Part shown: positions 47,304 through 57,200 of the stretch, in pieces
How the letters are laid out: each line of letters opens with the position of its first letter
Position numbering within the stretch: position 1 is the stretch's first letter
Origin: Polyangiales bacterium
GTDB taxonomy: Bacteria; Myxococcota_A; Polyangia; Polyangiales; Polyangiaceae
Direction of reading: 5' to 3'
DNA length: 64,000 nt
NCBI GenBank assembly: GCA_038231275.1
Contig: JBBRLQ010000029.1
Coordinates: 1-64,000, forward strand
Program-made: the position numbers and the translations under genes
The notes under the pieces: model-generated
What the model saw: only the letters and a program-made list of their open reading frames with translations
Told to the model about the DNA's origin: nothing
The model's database searches: none

Positions 47304-50300
47304 ATGGGCTGCACGCGAATCGACGAAGATCTCCTCGGTGTTCTCGACGGCACCGCGCACCCCGACCTGATCGCCCACGTCGCCGAGTGCGACGCCTGCC
47401 GCGACGCCCGGCACGAGGCCGGCCGCATCGGGCGCGAGATCGCCCGCGCCGGATCGGACTACACGCCGCTCCCCGACGTCGCCCGACGCATCGAGGCCCG
47501 CCTCGGTGAGGCGCACGGACGCGAGAGCCACGCGCGCCTCCGCACCGTTACCAAGGCACCCGACGTCGTCATCACGCCCGCCGCCGGTCCGGCGCGCACG
47601 CTCCACTGGAAATCCGCGATCCTCGGCTTCGCGGCGGTCCTCGGCATCTCCGCGGGCGTCACCGTCGGCGTGAAAGCGGCGGACTGGCAGAAGAGCCCTC
47701 GCGCCGCCGCGTCACGCGCGTGGCACGGCAAGGTTGGCAAGGTCACGCGCAGCGGCGCAGACAAGACCGGCGGGCTCACGGCGACGCTCCTGAACGGCAA
47801 GCAGGCGCCGCTCGTCGAAGGGGCAGAAATCAAGGCCGGCTGGCACGTCGTCACCGATCCCCGCACGCGCGCGCGCATCGATCTCGACGACGGCACGCAG
47901 ATCATCCTCGATCGCGCGACCGATCTCGAGATCGGCCAGGCGCCGCGCACCGCGTCGCTGAAGGACGGATCGATCATCGCCGACGTCGCCCACCTCGACG
48001 GCGCGCCGAGCGCCAAGCTGATCGTGCCCGTGGGCAGCGTGAACGTCCTCGGCACCAAGCTGACCGTCACGGCGACCGACGATCGCGCGAGCGTCGAGGT
48101 CTTGCGCGGCGTCGTCGAGGTGACCGACACGGCCGGCGCCGTGGCGCAGGTGACCGCAGGCCAAGAGGCCCAGCTCGCCCGCGGCGCGCGCACCGACGTG
48201 ACGCCCGCCAACGATCTCGCGCAGCGCGTGGCGTTCGAGGGCGAGCTCGGCAGCGGGCTCGGCCACAACGAGGACACGGACGGCTCGGTGAGCGGCCTCG
48301 GCGAGCTCCGAGCGAAGAAGCCGGGCAGCACGACGGAGAAAGACCGCGCAGTTCGCCTGACCAGCCACTCGGCCAAAATCCGCGTCGTCGGCAACGTCGC
48401 GCGCACTGAGGTGGACGAAGTCTTCACGAACGACACCGACGACGTGCTCGAGGGCATCTACCGCTTCCCGCTGCCCCCCGGCGCGCAGATCGAGCGGCTC
48501 GCGCTGGAGGTCGACGGCAAGCTCCTCGACGGCGAGTTCGTCGACAAGGCCAAGGCCGCGGCGATTTGGCGCGGCGCGATCCAGAACGCTGCCCCGAAGG
48601 CGCCGCGCCCGCGCGAGGAGATCATCTGGGTGCCTGGCCCGTGGCACGATCCGGCGCTGCTCGAGTGGCAGCGCGGCGGACGCTTCGAGCTGCGGATCTT
48701 CCCGATCCCCAAGCACGGGTCGCGCCGCATCGTGATCGCGTACACCGAGACGGTCGCGCCGGTCGCCGGCGTGCGGCGGTACACGTATCCGCTGCCGCAG
48801 TCGACGGCGAGCGACATGAAGATCGACACCTTCGCGCTCGACGTCCAGGTGACGGGCGCCGACCCCAAGGCCGGCGTGAAGGTGCGAGGTTACGAGCTCG
48901 CGCGCTCACAAGGCGGCAGCGACAGCGCGCCCGGGACCGAGCGCTTCGCGCAGACGATGACCGGATTCACGCCGTCGGGCGATCTCACGCTCGAATACGC
49001 GCTGGCCGATCGGGCCACCGACGCCAGCGCCTACGGCTTCGCGGACGGCACCGCGAAGACGAAGGAAGACGGCTTCGTGGCCATCGCGCTGCGGCCCAAG
49101 CTCCCGAAGTGGGCGGACACGAGGCCGCGCGATCAGGTCATCGTCGTCGACTCCGGGCGCTCGATGTTCGGCGAGCGCTTCAAGCGCGCGCGGCAGCTCG
49201 CGGTTCAGGTGATCCAGGAGATGGACCGGCGCGATCGCGTCACGGTCCTCGCGTGCGACGTGACGTGCCGCGCGATGCCGGGCGGCTTCAAGGCGCCGGG
49301 CTCGGGCGCCGCGCACGATGCGGATGCGTTCATGGCGGGCGTGACGCCGGACGGCGCGAGCGACGTCGTAGGCGCGGTGCGAGCGGCGGCCGCGTCGACG
49401 GGACACGACGCGGCGCGCGACCTTCGCGTGGTCCTCGTCTCCTCGGGGCTCGCGTCTGCGGGCTACCGGCGCGCCTCTGCGATCGCTCCCGAGGTCAGCG
49501 AGGCCCTGCCCGACGGCCGCGCCGAAGTCGTCACCGTGCCCATCGGTGCGGACGCCGATCTCGTCATGCTCGAGGAGATCGCGCGCGGGGGAGGCGGCGT
49601 GCTGGTGCCGTACCAGCCCGGCGAGCGGCTCGAGACCGCTGCGCTCGACGTCTTGAACGCCACGTACGGGACGACGCTCCGCGACGTCACGCTGGAGCTC
49701 CCTGCGGGCCTCCACGACTCCGCGCCGACCCTGCTCGCGCCCATCCGCGCCGGAGAAGAGCGCATCGTGGTCGCGCGTGTGACCGGCGATCGGGTGCAAG
49801 GCGACGCGACCCTCAAGGGCAAGGTCGGCGGGGAGCCGTTCGAGGCGAAATACCCGCTCGACGTGCGCGTCGTAGGCGACGCGGGCAACGCGTTCGTGCC
49901 GCGCCTCTACGCAGCCGCCCGCATCGCCGACAAGGAGCGCGACGGCGGCGAGGGCGCTCGCGCGGAGCTCGTGACCCTCTCGCGCCGCCACGCCGTTCCC
50001 AGCCGCTTCACGTCGCTCCTCGTGCTCGAGAGCGAGGCGATGTTCCAAGCGTTCGGGATCGACCGCGCCACGCGCGCACAGACATGGACCGGCGATCTGG
50101 CCGCGACCGGCACCGACGTCGCGACCCTCGCCCCCGCAACGCCGGCCGACGAGGCGCAGGCGCTGAACAGCGGCGGGCTTGGGCTCGGTCACGGTTACGG
50201 CGTCGGCGCAAGCAAAGGCGCGGGCGCAGGCGGCTCGGCACCTGCCGGCGATCTCTCGGATCCACTTCGTTCGGCGTCCGGCGCTCCCGCCACTCAACCC

Positions 50301-51746
50301 GCTCCGCCGCCGGCCCCGCCCGCCAGGCCAAAGCCGTCGAACAAGATCGACAACGCCGATCCGTTCGCGGCCGAAGACGCGCCGCGCGACAAGAAAGAGA
50401 TCCCGCGCGCGATCACGGCGCCGACGGCGACCGCGAGCCCCGACTGGGCGGGTCGCAGGGCGATCCCTCGGCAGCGTGGCGGACAGTTCATGAAGCGCGT
50501 GTGGTTCCGCAAGGCGCAGATCTTCGCGGACGGCGCCCCGGCCGTCGCGGGAGACCGCCTCGCCGCCGCGCGTACCGCCCTCCAGGCCGCGCCTGACGAG
50601 CGCGGACGCCACCGCGAGCTCGCGCGCCTCCTCGCCGTCAGCGGTCAGCTCGACGAGCTCTCCGATCTGCTCGCAAAATGGTCGACGCGCGATCCGCTCG
50701 ACGCCGACGCCATCGCCGCGCGTGCCGACCTCACCGCCCGCCAAGGCGACCGCGAGGCCGCGCTGCGTATCCTGGGTGGCGCGCTCGCCGCCCCCGCGCT
50801 CTCGACGGCTGATGCCGCGACGTTGGCCGCAACTGTGGCCAGCGCGCACGAACGCGCAGGAAAGAGCGAGGCGTGCGCGTTCCGCATCGCCGCCGCCGAG
50901 CTCCGGCCGGCCGATCCGGACTCCGTCGCGCGCGCCGTGCTCTGCGAGCGCTCACGCGGCCGTGGCGCCGCCGCCGAACGCTGGCTCGCCGGCCTCAAGG
51001 ACGACGCGACGCGGACGCTCGTGGCCGCTGCCGCCGCCAAGGTCGACGCCACCGCGACCAAGCCCGACACGGTCAACGGCGATTTCGTCGTGACCGCCAC
51101 GTGGGACGGCGGCGCCGACGCGGACCTCGACGTTTCGATCCTCGACCCCAACGGGACCCGCGCCGCGTGGGCGAGCCGCGCCAAGGGCGTGCGCGTCGAC
51201 GGCGCGACCAGCAAGACACGCGAGTCGTTGTCGCTCTCTTCGGGCGGCACCGGGCCGTTCGTCGTCGAGCTCGTCCGCGCGAGCGGCGGCACCGGCACGG
51301 TGAGCGGCTCCCTCGCGATCCGCGCGCTGGGCGTCACGCAGAACGTGCCGTTCACGATCCCTTCGGGCACGAGCCGCGTCCAGCTCGCCCGCGTCGACGT
51401 CCGCATGGACTCGAACCTGGTCCCGGTGGACGACGTCTCGAACGACGCCATCGTCGTCGGTGCGGCTCCCTTCGATCGCGGCGGCGCGGCGCGTGTCCTC
51501 GCCGGCGCGGCCAGCTCCGCGCGCAGCTGCGTCGACGAAAACGGGCCCACGGGTCAGGGCAGGGCCCTCGTGACGTTCTCACCCACGGGCTCCGTCACGC
51601 GCGTGTCGATCGACGCGCCGTTCGCCGGCACGCCGGTCGGCACCTGCGTCCTCGGGCGCTTCCGCTCGCTGCGCCTCGCCCCCTTCGCGGGCGGCGAGGT
51701 CACCGTCAGCAAGTCCTTCGTGATCGACGGCTTCCCGTCGCAGTAG
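47304..51746 (+). CDS. Anti-sigma (zf-HC2)-TM-FecR-VIT-vWA-TPR-like-AgmX/PglI-like multidomain protein
   Basis: HVAECDACR; TM; FecR-like (IDLDDGT..VNVLGT..VEVLRGVVEV); VIT (ARTEVDEVFTN..EGIYRFPLP..DPALLEW); vWA (VVDSGRSM); TSLLVLE; C-terminal C..G.G...VTFSPTG...GTPVGTCV. Confidence 0.82.
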   Translation: MGCTRIDEDLLGVLDGTAHPDLIAHVAECDACRDARHEAGRIGREIARAGSDYTPLPDVARRIEARLGEAHGRESHARLRTVTKAPDVVITPAAGPARTLHWKSAILGFAAVLGISAGVTVGVKAADWQKSPRAAASRAWHGKVGKVTRSGADKTGGLTATLLNGKQAPLVEGAEIKAGWHVVTDPRTRARIDLDDGTQIILDRATDLEIGQAPRTASLKDGSIIADVAHLDGAPSAKLIVPVGSVNVLGTKLTVTATDDRASVEVLRGVVEVTDTAGAVAQVTAGQEAQLARGARTDVTPANDLAQRVAFEGELGSGLGHNEDTDGSVSGLGELRAKKPGSTTEKDRAVRLTSHSAKIRVVGNVARTEVDEVFTNDTDDVLEGIYRFPLPPGAQIERLALEVDGKLLDGEFVDKAKAAAIWRGAIQNAAPKAPRPREEIIWVPGPWHDPALLEWQRGGRFELRIFPIPKHGSRRIVIAYTETVAPVAGVRRYTYPLPQSTASDMKIDTFALDVQVTGADPKAGVKVRGYELARSQGGSDSAPGTERFAQTMTGFTPSGDLTLEYALADRATDASAYGFADGTAKTKEDGFVAIALRPKLPKWADTRPRDQVIVVDSGRSMFGERFKRARQLAVQVIQEMDRRDRVTVLACDVTCRAMPGGFKAPGSGAAHDADAFMAGVTPDGASDVVGAVRAAAASTGHDAARDLRVVLVSSGLASAGYRRASAIAPEVSEALPDGRAEVVTVPIGADADLVMLEEIARGGGGVLVPYQPGERLETAALDVLNATYGTTLRDVTLELPAGLHDSAPTLLAPIRAGEERIVVARVTGDRVQGDATLKGKVGGEPFEAKYPLDVRVVGDAGNAFVPRLYAAARIADKERDGGEGARAELVTLSRRHAVPSRFTSLLVLESEAMFQAFGIDRATRAQTWTGDLAATGTDVATLAPATPADEAQALNSGGLGLGHGYGVGASKGAGAGGSAPAGDLSDPLRSASGAPATQPAPPPAPPARPKPSNKIDNADPFAAEDAPRDKKEIPRAITAPTATASPDWAGRRAIPRQRGGQFMKRVWFRKAQIFADGAPAVAGDRLAAARTALQAAPDERGRHRELARLLAVSGQLDELSDLLAKWSTRDPLDADAIAARADLTARQGDREAALRILGGALAAPALSTADAATLAATVASAHERAGKSEACAFRIAAAELRPADPDSVARAVLCERSRGRGAAAERWLAGLKDDATRTLVAAAAAKVDATATKPDTVNGDFVVTATWDGGADADLDVSILDPNGTRAAWASRAKGVRVDGATSKTRESLSLSSGGTGPFVVELVRASGGTGTVSGSLAIRALGVTQNVPFTIPSGTSRVQLARVDVRMDSNLVPVDDVSNDAIVVGAAPFDRGGAARVLAGAASSARSCVDENGPTGQGRALVTFSPTGSVTRVSIDAPFAGTPVGTCVLGRFRSLRLAPFAGGEVTVSKSFVIDGFPSQ

Positions 51747-51758
51747 GTGCGCGCGGGA

Positions 51759-52178
51759 TCAGCCGAGCGCGCGGGCGAGGACGTCGAGCGCCTCGAGGAC
51801 CCGCGCGCGCTCGGCGCGGGGCAGCTTCTCGAGCAGGAGCGAGAGCGCCTGGATGGCCTCGTCGTTCACTGTATCGGCCGTGCGCTTTCCGCGCGGCGTG
51901 AGGCGAACGTCGGTCTGCCGGCCGTCGTCGGTGCCCTTCTTGCGCGTGATGAGGCCGGCGCGCTCGAGTCCCGAGAGGTTGCGGCTCGCCGTCGAGGGGT
52001 CGATCCCCAACATCACGGCGAGCGTCGAGGTCGACACCGCTCCGCGTTCGAGAATGAGCTGCAGGGTCTCCGCTTGCTGGGCGGTAACCTCACCCGCGCG
52101 GGCGCGCTCACGACTGATGCGCCCGAGGCCTCGGGCCACCGTCTGAACCGCGCGCGCGAACCTATCCGTGTCGGCCAT
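51759..52178 (-). CDS. MarR family transcriptional regulator
   Basis: VTAQQAETL..LAVMLGIDPSTASRNLSGLERAGLI..DGR..VRLTPRG. Confidence 0.92.
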   Translation of the reverse strand: MADTDRFARAVQTVARGLGRISRERARAGEVTAQQAETLQLILERGAVSTSTLAVMLGIDPSTASRNLSGLERAGLITRKKGTDDGRQTDVRLTPRGKRTADTVNDEAIQALSLLLEKLPRAERARVLEALDVLARALG

Positions 52179-52486
52179 GGGAGGGCCTGTACTCTACAAC
52201 TTATGTCTCCGCGTCAAGCCCGCGCTTTCGTGCACCGCAAAAAAGTGAACGGTGAAGGGCGCTTGTGCGCGGCAAAAAAATCGAGCGATCGGCCCGCGAG
52301 CGACCGCGCGCCAACGTCGCCTGCAACGACCCACGCGCCAACCTTGACGGTCAGGGCGAAGAGCCGCACAGAACGAAGCAGGATGAGGACGAATTCGCGG
52401 CACGCGGGGCGGCCTCGGCCGCGACTAGCCGTGCGAAAGCGCCTTTTCGAAACGGCCCCGATGTGTCAAAACGGGGCCGCACGGGA

Positions 52487-53239
52487 ATGAACGACTCGAT
52501 GAACGACTCCATGAGCCCGCGCGGGGGCACGGCGAACCGCGGCGGCGGGTTCTGGGCGATGCCCACCAAGCCGCCCAAGTCCGGCGGCACCTGCCGCATG
52601 TTCGAGAGCGATCTCGTCGAGCGCTTCTCGCGCATCCACCCGATCATGCCGTTCGTCGCGTGGGTGCCCGTCGCGTCCTTTGTCATTTTCCGGAGCGCGA
52701 CGCGCCATGATCTGCCGTACCTCGGCGTCGCCGGCATGGTCGCGCTGGGCGTCCTCGCGTGGACGCTCGCGGAGTACGTGCTGCACCGCTACGTCTTTCA
52801 CTGGATGAAGGACACGGCGGCCGGCCGGCGTATCCACTTCCTCCTGCACGGCGTCCACCACGACTTCCCGAACGACGGCGATCGCCTGGTGATGCCGCTC
52901 GGCTTCAGCATCCCGCTGTCGGTCGTCTTCTATTCGCTCTTCTTCGCCGCGCTCGGAGGACTACGTCTCTCCGAGCCGTTCTTCGCCGGCTTCGTGCTCG
53001 GCTACCTGATGTACGACGGCACGCACTACGCGGTGCACCACTTCAAGCAGCGGACCCGCCTCGGCAAGTGGGTGAAGCGTCACCACATGCTGCACCACCA
53101 CCTCGACCACGCCGGCGGCTTCGGCGTGTCGTCTCCGCTCTGGGACCTCGTGTTCCGCACGATGCCGCAGCCCAAGCGTCCTGTGCGCGCCCGAGCCGGC
53201 GGCGCGCGCGGCGCCAGCGAGAGCGCGAAGACGGGCTGA
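52487..53239 (+). CDS. Fatty acid hydroxylase/sterol desaturase family protein (FA2H/Scs7-like)
   Basis: His boxes HRYVFH, HGVHH, HYAVHH, HHMLHH; RLVMP; GFGVSSPLWD. Confidence 0.9.
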   Translation: MNDSMNDSMSPRGGTANRGGGFWAMPTKPPKSGGTCRMFESDLVERFSRIHPIMPFVAWVPVASFVIFRSATRHDLPYLGVAGMVALGVLAWTLAEYVLHRYVFHWMKDTAAGRRIHFLLHGVHHDFPNDGDRLVMPLGFSIPLSVVFYSLFFAALGGLRLSEPFFAGFVLGYLMYDGTHYAVHHFKQRTRLGKWVKRHHMLHHHLDHAGGFGVSSPLWDLVFRTMPQPKRPVRARAGGARGASESAKTG

Positions 53240-53250
53240 GCTACTTCGAG

Positions 53251-53430
53251 CTACTTGGACTTGGCGATGGCGGCCTGCAGCGCCGGCATCGGGATGCGAG
53301 CGACCGTCATTTGGGAGGTCTGACCGTCGAGCGCCGCACCTGCGCGCGCACCCATGGCGAACGCGGAGAGGACGCCGACGACGGCGAGGGCGGTTACAGC
53401 GAGCGACCGACGGAGCTTCGTGCTGTGCAT
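53251..53430 (-). CDS. Small (59 aa) secreted or membrane protein
   Basis: RBS AGGAGGT upstream; basic-hydrophobic-AxA signal-like N-terminus. Confidence 0.6.
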   Translation of the reverse strand: MHSTKLRRSLAVTALAVVGVLSAFAMGARAGAALDGQTSQMTVARIPMPALQAAIAKSK

Positions 53431-53710
53431 CGAGGACCTCCTGGGTGTTGCTTGGGGGGGCCAGTCTGGGTGTGATCTTCGTGTCGTGCCCAATCCCAAC
53501 CATTGCAGAGTAACGCCGGGCCGGCGTCGAGGCAGGGCCAAAGTCAGGGTCGCACGTGCTTTTGTCCCACCTCTGAAACGGGCTGAAACCATTCGCGGTT
53601 TTCGGGAAACGGGTCTGATCCGAGTGTCAGCGTGTACGCAAAAGTTGCATCGTGCCCACCTCGCCCCACGCGGCCAGGCAGCCGCCGGCTCGGGGTGATA
53701 GCCTTCGGCC

Positions 53711-54163
53711 ATGTCTGGGCTGAACAAGGACGTGTTCGTGGCGCTCGCGGCCGTGGGGTGGGCAGACGGATCGCTCGACGCGGAGGAGGCTGACGCCATC
53801 GTGCGGGCCGCCGTCGACGAGGGGCTCGATCTGGCAGAGATCGGCGAGATCGAAACCGCGACCCGCGAGAAGATCGATCTCGGCGTCGTCGATCGTTCCC
53901 AGATGACGAAAGGGGACCGCGTCTTCGTCTACGCCGTCGCGTGCTGGATCGCGGGCATCGACGCGAAGGTCACCGACGAGGAGACCGCGGCTCTCGCGAA
54001 GCTTGGCGAGCGCCTCGGCGTCCCCGAGCGACTGCGCGCGTACGCCGAGTCCGTGGCGCGCGAGGTGGCGGCCCTCCCGGACGGAGACCGGCCACATCGG
54101 TACGATCTGGCCAAGGTGCGGCGCCTCCTCGGCGAGCGTCTGGATCAAGCAAAGCAGGGCTGA
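53711..54163 (+). CDS. TerB-like helical protein
   Basis: Two (A)DG-x-x-x-x-EE type motifs: WADGSLDAEE and GIDAKVTDEE..LGERLGV. Confidence 0.7.
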   Translation: MSGLNKDVFVALAAVGWADGSLDAEEADAIVRAAVDEGLDLAEIGEIETATREKIDLGVVDRSQMTKGDRVFVYAVACWIAGIDAKVTDEETAALAKLGERLGVPERLRAYAESVAREVAALPDGDRPHRYDLAKVRRLLGERLDQAKQG

Positions 54164-54242
54164 TCTTGACGCGGCAGCTGTTAGACTGCCGACCAGTTTG
54201 CCTAAACCCGGGACTGACCGAAGACGAGTGTGAGAGAGAGGA

Positions 54243-57200
54243 ATGTCCCAAGGGGATAAACCGCCCGAGTCGCGGAAGTCGATGCCGCCGAGCGAGATCG
54301 GATCGCTCCTGGCGAACCGCTACGAGGTCGTGCGCGAGCTCGGTCGTGGCGGCATGGGCATCGTGTACCTCTGCAAGGACATCGTCACCGGCGAGCGCGT
54401 CGCGCTGAAGCGCCTGCGCACGCCGGAAGAGGGCAAAGGCTCGCAGCGCGCGGAGGAGAGCTGGTGGTTCCACCAGGAGGCGCGCGCCGTCGCGTCGCTC
54501 GATCATCCGGCGATCGTTCGCGCTCGCGATTTCGGATCGCTCGCCGACGGCAGTCCGTACCTGGTGATGGACGCGCTGCCAGGGCGCAGCGTGCACGAGT
54601 GGATGCACACGACGACGATCCCGTGGTCCGTCGTCTGGGCCATGGTCGATCAGGTGCTCGCGGGGCTCGCGCACGCGCACGCGCGGGGGATCATCCATGG
54701 AGATCTCAAGCCGTCGAACGTGATGCTCGATCTCGCGTCGACGGGACGCGGGCCGCGCGCGTACGTGCTCGATCTCGGGCTCGCGTGGTTGCGTCAGTCG
54801 CGGCACGATCCGCGGCTCGACGGCTCGCCCGAACCGGAGCTCGCGACGCACTCGGGCGCCGGCACCGTCGGGTGGGTCGCCCCGGAGCAGATCCGCAAGG
54901 CGGCGCCTCACGTCGGCCCGCCGACGGACATGTACGCGCTCGGCTGCATCGTGTACCGCGTGCTCACCGGCAAGGAGGTCTTCGAGGGCAACGCGCAGGA
55001 GGTCCTCCGCGCGCACAAGAGGACTCCCGTGCCGCCGCTTAAGCTCGCGGATGGCGTGCCGCCGGGCGTCGGGCCGTACGTGCAGAAGCTCCTCGCGAAG
55101 AAGCCGTGGCAGCGCTTCGAGCTCGCCGCCGACGCGCGACGCGCCTGGGGGCAGCTGCGACCGACCCACGCGCCCACGCTCGAAGAGACGATGGCCTCGA
55201 CTCCGCTCCCGATGCCGGGCGTGCCGATGCCCGCGTCGTCGAGCCCGGCGATGGGTCGCGCCGTCGCGCAAGCGCGCTCGCTCGCGCCGGGGCTCCTCTC
55301 CATGCGCCCGTCGCCGACCATCGCTCGCGACTCCGAGCGTCGCGAGCTGATGAGCGTCGTCGACCAGATCAACAGCGGCGTGGGGCCGCCGCAGCGCATG
55401 ATCGCGGTGCTCGGAGAGGCAGGCGTCGGCAAGAGCCACCTCGCCCAGTGGTTCTGCGAGCAGGTGCACGAGACCGGTCGCATGTGGCCGCTCCGCGCGC
55501 GCTACGGCCGCATCCCGACGCCGCTCGACGGCGTGACCGGCGCGGTCAACAACTTCTTCGGCCTCCAAGGCGCCGACAGAGCCCTCGTGGAGCAGACCTT
55601 TCTCAATCGATGGGAGGTCGCCAAGGACGACGAGGACGGCCTCACGTGGGTCGCCGCGATCGCCGAGTGGCTTCGGCCCACGCCGCCGGGGACGGTGGCT
55701 CCGCTAGGCCCCACCGGGAAGCGCTTCGTCCTCGACACGGCCGAGCTCCGTCAGGTCGTCGTCCGAAAAATTTTGGAGCGCATCGCGCACGATCGGCCGG
55801 TGCTCATCTGGTTCGACGATCTGCACCTCGCGAGCCCCAACACGTTCGAGATGCTCGCGAGCCTGCGCCGCGACGCGCCGCGCCTGCGCATCCTGATCCT
55901 CGCGACGGCGCGCAGCGAGGCGCTCGAGACCGATCTCGACGCCGCGCTGCGCATGGAGTCGACGCGCGCCGACTGGAACGGGCGCGTCCTCGAGATGAAA
56001 CCGCTCTCGAGCGAAGAGACCGAAGCGCTCTTGCGCGCGACGCTGCCGCTCCATGACGACGCCGTGGTCGGCGCGACCGCGCAGTCGCGCGGCAACCCGC
56101 TCTTCGCGCTGCAGCTCCTTCACGCGTGGGCGGGTGGCGGCTACCTCACGCTCGACAAGGGGCGCTACCGCGTGCCCGACGAGGCACTGCAAGGACGCGC
56201 CATCACCACCTCGGAGCTGTGGGACGAGCGCCTGCGCGCAGTGCCGACCGATCTGCGCCTCGCGGCCTACGCCGCCGCGGCGCTGGGAGAGGACATTCGC
56301 GGCGTCGTCCTGAAGGCGCTGTGCGCGGCGCTCGGCCTGGACGCGCGCGACGCGATGGTCGCCCTGACACGCGCGCAGATCCTCCTCGCGAGCGGCAACG
56401 ATCAGTTCCGCTGGGCGCACGCGCTCCTCCAAGAGCACCTGCTCGCGCGCGTCCACGAACGGAGCGACGCGCCGGCCGTCTTCCGCCTCGCCGCCAACGC
56501 GCTCGCGAAGCACCCCGCCGTCGGCTCGCGCCGCATCATGAAGCACCGCGTGACGAACCTGCTCAAGGCGGGCGACGACGATCTGGCGGCGCAGCTCATG
56601 TTCCGGCACATCGATGGGTCGTGGCGGCGCGGTCGCGACACCGCAGCGACGCTGCGCGATCTCGAGCTCCTCGACGGCCACGTCTCCGGCGCGGCCGCCG
56701 CCGAGTACTCGTACTGGCGCGCCGAAGCGATGCGCCACACCGGCCGCCTCGAGGAGGCGAAGGAGAACGCCGAGCTCGCGCGGAAGGCGTTCGAGCACAA
56801 CGGCGATCGAACCCGGGAGGCGCAGGCGCTTCGGCTTCTCGGCCACCTGATGAGCGACGTGGGCCAGCCCGCGCAGGGGCGCGTCCTCGTCGAAAAGGCG
56901 CTCGGCCGGTTCGAGGAGATCGGCGACGAAGCCGGCCGCGCGCAGACGCTCGTCGTCCTCGGCGAGATCGACTACTTGCTCGGCGAGCACTCGCGCGCGC
57001 GTCAGGTCCTCAACGACGCGCGCGCACGCTGCACCATCGTCGGCGACGCGCTCGGCCGCGCCCAGACGCAGATCCTCCTGGCGATGATCGAGACCGCCGT
57101 CGGCGGCTACCAGCGCGCGCGCAGCCTGCTGATGGAGGGCCGCGCCGAGTTCGACAGCATCGGCTACCGCCTCGGCATCGCGCAGTGCGACGTCGTGCTC

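Noticed and set aside
53581..53645. c-di-GMP-I riboswitch resemblance (AAACCATTCG...GAGTG...ACGCAAA)
   Set aside because: Spacing and tetraloop do not fit and no second stem was found; kept only as a generic structured region.
54166..54187. TTGACG...TAGACT as a sigma-70 promoter
   Set aside because: The spacer is only 10 nt.
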